Program-made: the position numbers and the translations under genes
The notes under the pieces: model-generated
The model's database searches: none
Seen by the model: only the letters and a program-made list of their open reading frames with translations
Told to the model about the DNA's origin: nothing
Origin: Raillietiella orientalis
Lineage: Eukaryota
Direction of reading: 5' to 3'
Assembly (NCBI GenBank): GCA_036172245.1
Contig: JAYWIR010000010.1
Location: 1,488,001 to 1,552,000, forward strand
Length of the DNA stretch: 64,000 nucleotides
In this document: in pieces, positions 50,058-61,413 of the stretch
Numbering within the stretch: position 1 is the first letter of the stretch
Layout of the letters: each line of letters begins with the position of its first letter

Positions 50058-53000
50058 CAGATTCAAGACTCACCAGGCTCAACAGGTAGTTCACCTCCAT
50101 CTCCTTCATCACTGAGAGGTCTCTGCTGCTGGGAAACGCTCCTTCGTTGCCTCTAGAAACCAGGACATTTCGGGTGCAAAGTGCATGCAGCTCCAAACAC
50201 CACCTTTTCAGGAGAGGGCTGCGTTCTCCGTCGGATGCCCAGGGTAGTGGCGCTTCACCTTAGAAGCCTCGAAGCAGGTTGACAGCCTTGGTCGTTCCGA
50301 GCAGGATGATAACAGAATAACCTCAATATAGACTCTTTAACTCCCGACTGCGACCGTTCCCCCGAGTAACGGCTGCTGACACCACCCTGCCCCGAGTGTA
50401 TTAGCTGGCCCAGCTCCTCCTGCCCTCCTCGCCTATCCGTCCTCTCCTCCACCTTACCAAGTAAAGGGGCCTTTTTCACGTTCAATAAACAAACAAAGGG
50501 AGAGTGGCCGTCCTAGTTCGTCAGGACCCAAGGCGGTATTTGCACGCGCACGCGCGCGCCCTTGGGATTTGCGGTGGGTTGACGACCTAAAGAAGCGACG
50601 GCAGGTTCAAAGTTGATCAGTAGAAAGGGACGGGGGAAGCAACGTTCGAGTCAAGAAATGAGCGAAGAGCATTGCCTAGGGCAGTTTTTGGAATAGGGAT
50701 TGGTGGGAAGGTGGGAGACTGGGAGGAGCGTCTTCGCATCGACCTGGAAAAAAACTTTTTTTCCGTACTCGCTGTTCTTTGGCCCCCACTTGCTGTGTTT
50801 GCTTTCCTGAGCGACGTCCCCTAGGTCGCCACTTCTCGGTGAGCCTTCGACGTGTTTCCCCGTGACACAGGAGCGATGGGGGATTGAACTGACCCTGCTC
50901 TCGGGCTTGTCCTGGGAGCATAGCAGGTCGGTCAATGGCTTCATGGAAGACACTTCGAGTCAAGAAGTAGGAACCTCTTTCTGACAAGAGGGGACCTCAG
51001 GGATTTCCAAAATATGAAGCACCTACAAAGCGACTTGTCAGAGAAAATAGTAGGCACGGAAAAATACATGTAGCACTGTGCACCCTTTTTTTTTCTTTTT
51101 TTGGAAAACATCTACAAGTATCTCACGCCAGAGGCGTGTTGCTGAGTCCGCGCAGTCTCCAGTGTGTTCCACGTCTTTCCGCATCTTGAAATAGCCCTCT
51201 TTCCTGCAAACTGTCTCTTGTCACGTTTGATTCTCCCTCAGGCTAAGAGATGGACGAAACCGCTTCTTCCTGGCACGTGGGTTGGCTGCCCACCACCAAG
51301 GTGAGCAGGGTCGACGTATGGCTGTCAAAGACTTCGGGATCCCGGCGACGGCGGTTGGGTGCGTGTGCGGCCACAAGTCAAGTCCAACGTACACTTTGAA
51401 GTCTTCTGATTTCAACGAAGTCGGAGGCTGTCCTCATGGATCGAAGAGACCCCCTGGTATGAGGACAGCTAAAGTTATCTTAGCCCTCTCGCTTCCTCCT
51501 CCCAGGAAGACAGAAGAGATTCCAAAGGATCGGATCTGCTGCTGAACACGATCCAATTTCATGAGTCGCAGTTCCTTTCCTAGTGCCCCAGTTCGACGCA
51601 GACTCTCGGGGTCTGCGTGAACTGGGGTACTAGGGAAGGAACTGCAAGGCTGGTGATTGATCGACACCTTGAAATCAGTTCATCCAACCCTCATTCATTT
51701 GTTTCGTTGTTGGTCCGTACCCCTCATACTCCACTCTATTCTTGCTCGTGTTTCCAGTGGAACCCTAGCGTTTTTTCCTGCCTTCCTCTTACCGTGCGCT
51801 GATGAACTCGTTTTAACCCTGGTACACCGGGCAATTAAGAACGACCCTGCCTAATCGAGGAGCCGTGCGGAAACACTTGTTTGTTTCTGAATCCAAGGAA
51901 GTGTCACCACGCCTCGTGGGTCACGGCCAACGACTGACAGACTGCAGACTCTGCTCCTGCCAGAAGTTGGACGTGACAAAAGCTCCTTTTTTTTTTTTTT
52001 TTCTTCTTAACCTGGAACTCGTGTATTCTCAGCAGTTTGGCGTCCCTGGATACTCGTAGACATTAGAATGATGGTTAAAGAATTCCTAAATCCTCCCAGA
52101 AGGACTCCGCAGACCAATACCAGTACAGGGAGAGTGCTTGTCACCGAACAAGCCTGATGGCAACGCTGAGACATCTGAGAGCTGCTTTAAGCTGCTCATA
52201 TCTCCCGACCCCTTATTGCAGATCTCCATTGTTCCCATTCTACGGGACGCGACTACGAAGATAATTTCAGTACCGATCTCCGGTAAGAGCACACTGTCCA
52301 GGAAAACATTGGGAGAATTTACGAGGTCACCTAGTGACAAAGGAAAGTCTGGAGCGTTGTAAGAAGGCGTCAAGCCGGATGAAGGTTCTCTCATCCACAG
52401 CCACGGAGAACCCTAGCTGATACAGGACGCTACTCTTCACAGAGGAGCAAGATTACGTCCAATGTGTGAGCGATCCTGAACAGTGAGGCATGAGAAATCT
52501 TTCACAAGCAGCTGTACTAAGAAAAAAGCATGCTTTGTGTGAGGCTGCTTCCTATTTTCCAGAAAAAAAAAATACGATTTTCGTATCATGCAGCACGACT
52601 GAACTCACTGGTCACAAGTGTCTAGCAGGCAAGGAGAAGATCGAACTTGCCGCCGATGTATCTCGTATAACGAGACTCGAAGGACATTCTAAGCCAGTGC
52701 CAGAGGCGTTTTCGTTCATTCGTACCAGGATCACGACGAGATTGTCAGCTGCATCGTAAAGACAACAACATGGAAGATGGGAAGTCCTCTAGCGGGAGAA
52801 GAAAATGCCGGACGCCGACTCGCAGCTATACCGGATCGAGGCGTTCTTTCGACAACACCCTGGAAGAGTTCAAACTGGCTTAGGAGGACACGGAGAGTTA
52901 CTACTGCGGTGTCGCTTTCCAGATGCCCTCTAAGGAAGGTCACAGCGTCGGTGAGGGAATCAAACATGTTACGATCTGGAAATCCCTCCATCCTACCTCA

Positions 53001-53229
53001 GTCCCCTGAGGTGTGATTCAACATCAAATGCAGTAAACATGTTCTGGACCTGAACCATTGTCTGGAAGACCCAGAGACCAACTTGCCATTGGCTTTGCAA
53101 CAAGAGATCCATTCAACAAATGCAACGAACTCCTCGCAGCAACACTAGTATGTCTTCCGCGGGGCACGACACGGAACAACAGAGACGCAGAAGAAGAGAG
53201 CATCCGTCCACCTGAACGTTTGAAACAGC

Positions 53230-53300
53230 GCCAGCTTTGAGATGTGCCCTCGAAATGCGGCCTCGAACACGAGGAACTGGGTTCAAATCTCGGCGGCGGC
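53230..53300 (+). pseudogene. Degenerate tRNA-like sequence or SINE head
   Basis: CCTCG-aaca-CGAGG stem followed by a T-arm-like CTGGG-TTCAAAT-CTCGG; no clear D arm or acceptor stem. Confidence 0.3.
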
Positions 53301-56300
53301 TCCCCTACCTGGGTGCCCCGAACGGAGTGCTCCCAAGCTTGATCCTGGGACTTGGAGAGTTGGACTACGTAGGTGTAGAAGAAGCGGCGTCGAGCTTGGA
53401 ACACGAGCAATCCATCTCGAGAGACCAGGCTCTCTAGATGAAAAAGAAAGATGGATAGAACCGTGATTAATAGGCTGCGAAAGTGATGGAAACGTCTCTT
53501 CCCTAGTCCTCCACATTCGTTCCCGAGCATTGCAAAATTTTATCTGTATCAAGTACATGGCTCAGCGATTCGGGATGGAAAGGTTTCTTGAATCCGGTTT
53601 TCGAGAAAGATTTGATTCCCGGCGGAGCAGATGGGTTTGAGCCATGCGTGCATCTCGCGCTGGCGCAGGGCAGGGCTTGGCTGGCACCCAGAGACGAACC
53701 GTGGTCAAGCGCGGATTAAGAAGGCAGGGCTCCGGCAACCGGTCTCTGCAGACCTGAAAAGTCCTGTGGGAGTCGAGATGGAAGAGTGCGTGCCACTGGG
53801 TTCTCCTTATCCCCGGAACCTCTCCCCCCAGTCCGGGAGGCGCCCCTTTCCAGTCTTCCTGCAGCGGTCCCGCGGAACTCCTCGGCAAATATCCTCTCGT
53901 GCCAGAAAGGGGGGAAGGGAAGGCCGACGTCCAAAGACTTTTCTCACACGGGAGGCACACCTTTCCCGGCTTCCCTCTGCTCCGCTCAGAAACTAGCGCA
54001 AAAGGCCGGAAATCGCTGAAGTCTTCGGGACGCAGCGGGGTCGATTCCTCTCACCCCCGCTTAAGAGTTCAAGGTCGTTTGCGAGCGGATGGCGTAGGTG
54101 GGAGCCTCACAGCCGGGAGAGAGGCTGCAACTCGCGTCGCCCGCTCTTGTCGGCAGCTGCGCTGCCACCCCTTTCTCTCGATCCCCTTCCCGTCCCTGGG
54201 GGTTCTCTCCACTTCTCCGCACCCGACCGCGCGACCCCAAGAGAGCTCGCTTCCTCCCTAGGCCCGCCGCGGGGCCGAGCCCTTCCGCCTCATTCCCGAG
54301 AGTTTCACGCTCCCCATTCCCCGAGAGGGAATCCCCCCCTTCCTCCTACCCTTATCCGGAAGTATGCGCGCCCTATCCGGGGTCCCAACGCGCCAGCGCG
54401 TTCTGCGGGCCTTTCGGAGCGATGCCACAGCCGCTCTTCTTGATCTGGCGAGTCGATGACAGCTCGAGGTTGCCGCCTAAGAGTTTTCGGGGCTAGGCGC
54501 TCCCCTGGGAACCTCCCTCGTTCCTACCCGACCACCTCTGCTATGCCTCCTCCCCGTTTCTGGGGCAGGAATGCGCTCATTCGCTCGCTTCCTCCTCCCA
54601 GGAAGCTGCTCCCTGCTGTCTTCCCGCGGGAAGATTCCCTTGCGTCTTCCCTCCCTCCGCTGCCGTGGCTCCAAGATCCTCCTACCTCCCCGTAGCCTTG
54701 CAGACTCCTTCTCTTCTTCCTCCTTCTTCTACATCCCCTAGGGCTCAGATTACCGGGATTCCTTTGAGAGACCCTCCATCCTCCGCGGTGCTTTCGGCAT
54801 TGCGAATGGCTGACAGCACATTTCCCGGGTCATGTAAAAGAAGGAAGAGGGGATGTTCCGGCTGCGGAAAAGGGCTCCGCCCCTCGAGTCACTTGCCGAG
54901 CCCGAGAGGTGGCCACCACAGGAGATCGCGAAGGCAGGTTTCCCTTCCAAAAGGAAAGAAAAGATCCAGACTCTCTCCAAAGGACAAGCGTCCTCTGTCT
55001 CCACCACCATCAGAAGGTCCCTCCCCTTGCTTTCCTTGCAGGAGATCCCTCTTCTGACCTGCCGATACCACGTGACAGGGAGGGAACGCCTTGCCGTGTT
55101 CGAAGTCTTCTGATCTGGAGAAACGGGGCGGCGTTTAGCTCTGTGCCCGCAGCGAGAGGAAGGTACGGGGAGGAAGAGAGTAGGAGGAGTAGGATAAGGA
55201 TGCTTTCGACCCACCCTCTTCTCAGACTTGTACCTGGTTGAGCGGAGGCATCCCCCTCCGCGACACACAAGAGGATCCTCTAGAGGAGGATGGCCGGGCA
55301 TGACACTTAGAGTCATGACTCCCCCTGGCGCTCTTTCCCGCAAGTTGACAAGGTGGTAAGATGGAGGGGAGCGGTGAGAAAGTAGGTAAACCTCGAGTAG
55401 GTAGGTGCAAAAGGAGAGGGTAAGGTGCGGCACAGCTGGTCTGGTCCGAGCAGCACCCACGTCCAGGGGCAGAGTGATTTCTCCCGCTCAAGCAGCCTCT
55501 GGGATCCACCCACCCCGGTTCCACAGAGCTGGTCGGGGCTTTTCCCTCCGAAGGCATCGCGGATGCAGCATCTTCTCTTCTGCTTCCTCCCGCGGCAGTC
55601 CAGGAATTTGCCTCTCCCTCCTCCATGCAACTCGGAGCGGAGGAGCTACTGGCGTCTGGCGGAGGCTGCACTCCTGCAGACTCCGCCGGCTCCCCCGCTT
55701 TCCCTTCCCGCGCTCTCTCCCTCCCTTCTTTCGACGGAGCAAGAGCCGGTTTCTTGCGCCCGTGCGACGGCAGGAAGCGAGAGGCGGGCTCGAGTCCGGG
55801 CAGGAGTGCAGGAGTGGACATGATGGCGCGCCATCGTCTCCTCGCAGCCAAACCAGGAGGAGGAGGGCAAGGGGTGTCAGAGTCTGGAAAAGCAAGGGGC
55901 AAGCAGAGAGACCCGGGAGCGTGCGCGCGCGGTCCGGGTCTGATTAGATGATTGTCTGATTCCTCCTCGCACGCCGTTCCCAGTCAAGAGCCGAGAAAAC
56001 GAAAGGGAATTTTTCTTCTCGCTCTCCTCCTTCCGCTCCTCTCCGTCCTCTTTGACGTCTCTTCCTGCCCGCGTCCGAGGAAACAGATGGCTATCTGCCC
56101 GGAAACTTGAAGAGGAGGGTGAAGAAACGGTCTCGCGGCGTTGCCTGGAGAAGAGTGCGCTTCCGGTGAGCCAGTTTCCTTCTCCTCCTTCGGCGGAGAT
56201 CCTTATCTCTCTCGCGAGGGGAGAAGGAGGGGGAGCAGCAGTAGCAGTAGCAACGCGGGGGAAGAAGGGGAGAAGGGGAGAGGGAGTTTGCACTGGGACC

Positions 56301-57039
56301 TCTTCCTCGTTTGAGGAATGAGGTCATTCCACTTGCGCTTGCAACTCCGCGGACCGCCGACGGAATGCCGCTGCTTCTATTCCTCCCGTTCGACCAATCT
56401 CTAACCCTTTCGGTGCGTCGCTCTCTCTCTCGTGCTTGCAGCGTCGTCTTCGGCGCACGCTGGGCCTCATTTCTTTCTCTGCAGTCTGGCGGCTCCACAG
56501 CGGAAGTTGGTCCGCCCGCGCGTCCGTTGTTCCTCTGTCGCTGCGCGCCTCCTCTTCAGAACACCAGAGGCACCGCGCGCGCCAGCTCACGGTGAAGGCG
56601 CGACGCCACTTGGCTCCTATGAGAGCCCCGGATGACCCTCTTTCGGGATTGCGGGTAACCACGCACCGTGGTCGTGCGGATCCTCTCTCCGCGCGCGAAG
56701 CGTTGGCGAGAGGAACCCCCCGCTCTTCTCTGGAACCCGTAAGGATCGGATGGGAGAGGCCAGAGAAGCTGGCGTGTGAAGATGGGGAAGTTCCAGACCT
56801 CCGTACTTTCGGAAGCAGCGGCAACGCTCCCTTCTTCGCCGAGAGCAAGGGAAAGAACGAGAACACCGGCGCTCCTTGTCTTGCCCTTCGCGGTGCCATT
56901 TCAGCCGGCTCCAGCACGGAAAAGACTGGTGAGGGAGGGAGAGGACCTTAGAATAAGAAGGACGAAGGAGCCGCCAGAGAGCTTGCTGAGATGAGGGACA
57001 CGGAAGTGCAGGCGCCGCCTGAGTTCCCCGAGAGCCAGA

Positions 57040-58300
57040 CGCCCCTATTGGCCGAGAGCGTCCGTTCGGCGGCAGAAGAGACGTAGGGAAGCTGGAACGA
57101 TCGAGGCTTCCCTCCTCCTCCTCCTCCTCTTCCTCTTCTCAATGTGCTCTGTTTGATCAGAACCAGTTTGTAGCTCGGACTCGTGGCAGCAGGTTTGCCG
57201 AACGGGATCAGCCGGAAGTTCCACGGCTCCCGGGGCTCATACAAAGAAGCTTCTAGAGGTCCTTGCGAGTACGTGCGGGTCGCTCGAGATTTCTCACAAC
57301 GCTTGTAGTCGAAAATGACCGATCCCGCCTACGCTGTCTGGACCCACAGGTGACACTAACCTTTCCCTCAGAAGATCAAAAGCTCTCGAGATGGTCTTCA
57401 AGGAGTTAAAATTCCTGCCACTGACGAGGGCGACTCGCGTCTCCCGGAAGCATCCATCCATTTAAGGAGGAAGTGGGCGACATCGTCCTTCCTTTTGTTC
57501 CCTCTGAGGTTTCAGGAAATCTTGCTTGCTTCTGCAAAGAGAGCAAGCTGGACGAGGAGCGTTGTCTGCTCATGGACCAGCGATGAATCCGAGCCGACAA
57601 TTTACCACAAGTGGCGCGCCAGTTGCCGTCTCCTCCTGTGACAGGGGAGCCTGCGTGCAATGTCAAGTGGGAGGAGAGGAGACTGCCCTCGCATTCCTCT
57701 GGAGGTCGCTTAGGAAACATGACCGTGCACTGCAGACACGTAGGTACGGGGACGCTGCGCCCTAAGATCGTAGGAATCTGCAAAGGCGTGGCGAAACGTC
57801 TGAGATTCGACCGATAAGCGTTGCCCTCTGCAGCATGGGAAATCCAGACACGCCGCCGAAGCGGTCTTGGGCAAGAGGGCAAGAAATTAGGTAGGCAGGA
57901 GAGGTTCACTGCTGTTCTGTACGGTCCTCTTGGAACGAGGTTTCCGAGAAAGCTTGGAGCGCGCAGACGCCAACTTCCGGGAACGAGAGGAGTCGAGCCT
58001 CTCAGCATCCGAAAGACATGGGTACGTTGCGAGATAGCCGAGACATGGGTCGAAGGACACCCGAGAGGAAAGATTTGGGATCTAAGAGTGGCCATGCCTT
58101 ATTGGCAGATCTTCGAGTGGTACCCAAGAGTCTAAGGCAGACGCCTCCCGAAGACGCAAAGCTGATTATTTCCAGAAAATGAATCGCTAGAAATCTGTGC
58201 ATGCATTCGTTAGAATGAGCTGCTAGAGATGAACCGGCAGAACTCGGGATCGAATCTAGAATCTTGCTTACCGCCTCACCAACTCATCCGTCATCTTGAG
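57040..58300 (+). pseudogene. More degenerate 28S rRNA-derived segment, copy 1
   Basis: Same motif order at lower similarity: agaggtccttgcgagtacgtgc (~57255), tttccctcagaaga (~57362), gcgatgaatccgagccg (~57580), ggcagatcttcgagtggtac (~58103). Confidence 0.5.
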
Positions 58301-58499
58301 TCTGCTCCATCAACGCCGTGTTAGATCCTTGGGATTCTTCAAACTGCTCTTCTCGAGGATGATAGCTTTCCTGATCATCTTTCTGGTGAGCCGATTGCTC
58401 TGTGCGCAAGCCCTCGGCAGGTCCGATTAGGAAGAGCTCTCGTAAAAGAAACTCGAAGACTGTTGTTCATCCCTCCTGAAGATAAAAGCAAAGTGCCAC

Positions 58500-60300
58500 G
58501 TGTTGGTAGGCTGAGACATCTGTGTTGCCTCGGCTCGAGAGAATGACTGACGAAGACGACAATAGTCCCGGTAGAGGACCGCAGAGACCCTGACATGAAA
58601 GCAGACCGTCACAGACTGATGCATGGGCGGAAGATGAATCAAACCTTCTGGTAACTAATTCCTTTTGGCGTACCCTCAGGATAACATCGAAACGAAAGGA
58701 ACAAGGGGTCTCATCCGATAAAGAGAGGGTAGCTTTGGGTCCGAAATGACCTCAACTTGTGCTCATACTCTAGGCATCTAGGAAGTACAGCTTTCTTAGA
58801 CGCTGAGGCACCGAGGAAGCACGCTCTTTGATTCGTGAGCGCTCCCAGTGATCACACTTTCGAGCGTCGGCAGAACTGGCGCTGCGGGATGAGTCAAGCG
58901 TTTGGGCATAGAGCTCCCAATGCAACTCTCAGCGACTCCATTGGAAGGTGTTGAACAGCAGAGCGGGAACAATCACGGAAGTCTGAATCTCTCTAAGGAG
59001 CGCGCAACGAGACTCTCCGGCCAAAGCAACCAGTCCTGAAGACGGACGGCGCACGCGCGTCGGGTCTGCACCCAATCGCAGGGACAGAGTCATTCCTGCC
59101 TCCCGACGGAGGAGCACGGCAGAATCCGGAGGGGAGGAGGGTCTCAGAAGAATTTGGGCACCGATGGCGCCTTAGAACGCCGTCGGCGCAGATCTTGGCG
59201 AAGTGGCAAACACTCCCCGGAGTATATTTGCTCTCATGGATGTCTGATATGGAAGAGGTGGTCCAGGAGATCCGCCTTTGAGAGAGGTTTGGCCGAGCGC
59301 AAGTCCTCGGAGAAGTGCGATGGTAGATCTATCTGGATTCTTCCAAGGCTGACCATTCCAATGATTCCATGCTTCTCTGATCTTGCTGCAGGCTTTTCCA
59401 TCTCAGGAAAGCTGAGCGTATCGCTGCCCGCGTCCCATGAGAGTTTATTTTGGTGACCGTCTTTGTCCTGAGTTGCGGTATCAAAGTTCCCGATCGTAGT
59501 GCAATTGCATAGAGCGTGTTTGCACTTGGACGATGAGTGCTGTGGGCCGCGGAGACGCCGAAGAAAGAATGCGGAAGGTGCTCTGGCAAGAAGGAACCCC
59601 GTGCAAACCAGTGTCATCCTTCCGGCGGTCTCGTTCGTCCATCTCTCATCTTGCCCTCTGCTCAGAACACGGATCGCTCGGCGAGATAAAAATCGAGGCT
59701 GCAAAATAAATCACCCCCCGAGTGGAAATGACCTGAAGTGGGCGTGAAGGAGGAGAGCGTGCGCAAAGCGACATCTTGTGGTTGCTAACAATTAGAAGGC
59801 ACAGAACCGAGGCCCGATGGCGGTCAAAAGTCAAGGGAAGCCTCGTAACGTGGACATTTGCCCGATTCGCACCTGAAGCCCTGCCGTAACTCGAAAGTGA
59901 CTGTCCCGGGCAACGTTGGAGCACCACGACTGCTCAGAGGTTCGAAGACGCCATCCATCAGCACGCGGAGTGAGCGATGAGGAGCATTTCGCAGGTGACC
60001 GATGCAGACTCCTTTGTGCAAGGGAGGATCAAGCAACGTCTTCCATGCATCCCCTTTGCAGCTGGAGGCGATCAGAGGCTCAGGTGCTTAAAGACACGGT
60101 TCCCATATCACAACCCCACGTAGGAGAAGAAGCACTGGGGACACCCTAGTGAGGAAACTCGCGGATTTCAGCGCTGGTCAAGGCTCTTGGGTCCTTTCAA
60201 ACAGAACGAGCTCTTTAGCCGCCAGGGTCACTTGTGAAAACGATTCCACAGGGCATCCGATTTGCCATCACACTCCTCGAAGCTGTTAGTGATCCGGGGG
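58500..60300 (+). pseudogene. Heavily degenerate 28S (LSU) rRNA-derived segment, copy 2 (best supported 58560-59300)
   Basis: Collinear decayed LSU core motifs: ggtagaggaccgcagagaccctgacatg (GGTGGAGGTCCGTAGCGGTCCTGACGTG), aaaccttctggtaact..ccctcaggataac, ccgaaatgacctcaac, gcagaactggcgctgcgggatga (exact), aaggtgttg, ggaagtctgaatctctctaaggag, cctgaagacggacggcgc, gcgcagatcttggcgaagtggcaaa. Confidence 0.8.
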
Positions 60301-61326
60301 TGCACACAGCTCCGGGAAAGCTTCTCAAGTACGCTAATGGAAGGTTGTGGATGCATCCCAACATTTCCGTATCAGCGGCACAAAGGATGCCTCCATACTC
60401 GGCTTGAACCAAGCTAGGACTTCGTCGCTTGCTGCCCAGCTGTTAGCAATTAAATAAGAGCACTTTTTTCTTTATGTTCCTGTTTCATACCGGTCCAACC
60501 AGACCACTCAAGCAGCATCAACACCCAAGGAGGAGTATGAAACTCTCATCTTCAGTTTCTGCGATGCTTTTTTGGCTTTGCTTCGTGCCGTGAAGAAGGA
60601 GCAAGAATTGATCTCATCGCCTTGGTGGCCTTCCTCCCGTCCTAGCCACACAAAGTCCTGTCTAGGCGGTTCCCGCAAAGATTCCCTTCCTCCAACGTCA
60701 TTCCCTGAGGGTCTTTCCCTTCATTCGATCCTGCAGATTAAATCTGTTTCATTCCTTAATGCTGGATTTCTTACTCATACTGTAGTGAATGGGATACGTG
60801 GCTCTTTTCTTCGTTCTTGCTTTCGAGAACATGAGAAGCAGCATCCAAAGATCCAGTTTGAGTTGGACATCATTCCAGCGATCGCGTTTTCAGATGGGTT
60901 TACAGTCGTAGCTTCCTGGTTAGGTCGATTCAACTGCGAACATGCTTATCGGAATGCTTTACAGGAGTGCGAAGAAACTGGTAGTTCCGGTAACCCAGGG
61001 ACAGACGCGGAAGATTCGTTCAGGAACAAATGGACAAGGCTTAAAATTCGTGCCCCTTGATGTGCCCACCCAGTAAACGGAAGGGTGCGTTTCGACGCTA
61101 GGTACGCGCGAATGTTATAAGCAAAACGGTATTTAAAAGTTATGCTCCATCATATGGGTAAAACAGACGATTCGCTTGCATTCCTATCGTTAATTTGTTG
61201 GGTTGCAGGGGAGAGCAAGCGGTAAAAAAAAAGTTTGGAAGCACGAAAACCCACGCGCAAACGTCCATTCGCTTCACACACTGGAGTTTGAAAATTATAT
61301 GCAACTTCAGAGAAGCTTGGTTTGTT

Positions 61327-61399
61327 GACCTCGTGGCCTAATGGATAAGGCGTCGGACTTCGGATCCGAAGATTGCAGGTTCGAGTCCTGCCGGGGTCG
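61327..61399 (+). tRNA. trnR-TCG: tRNA-Arg (anticodon TCG)
   Basis: GACCTCG/CGGGGTC acceptor stem; A box TGGCCTAATGG; anticodon stem TCGGA-ctTCGga-TCCGA (TCG at 61360-61362); B box GGTTCGAGTCC; no encoded CCA; AT-rich element at about -30. Confidence 0.97.
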
Positions 61400-61407
61400 A
61401 TCTCTGC

Positions 61408-61413
61408 TTTTTT
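61408..61413 (+). terminator. RNA polymerase III terminator (T6) of tRNA-Arg
   Basis: TTTTTT 8 nt after the tRNA 3' end. Confidence 0.8.
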
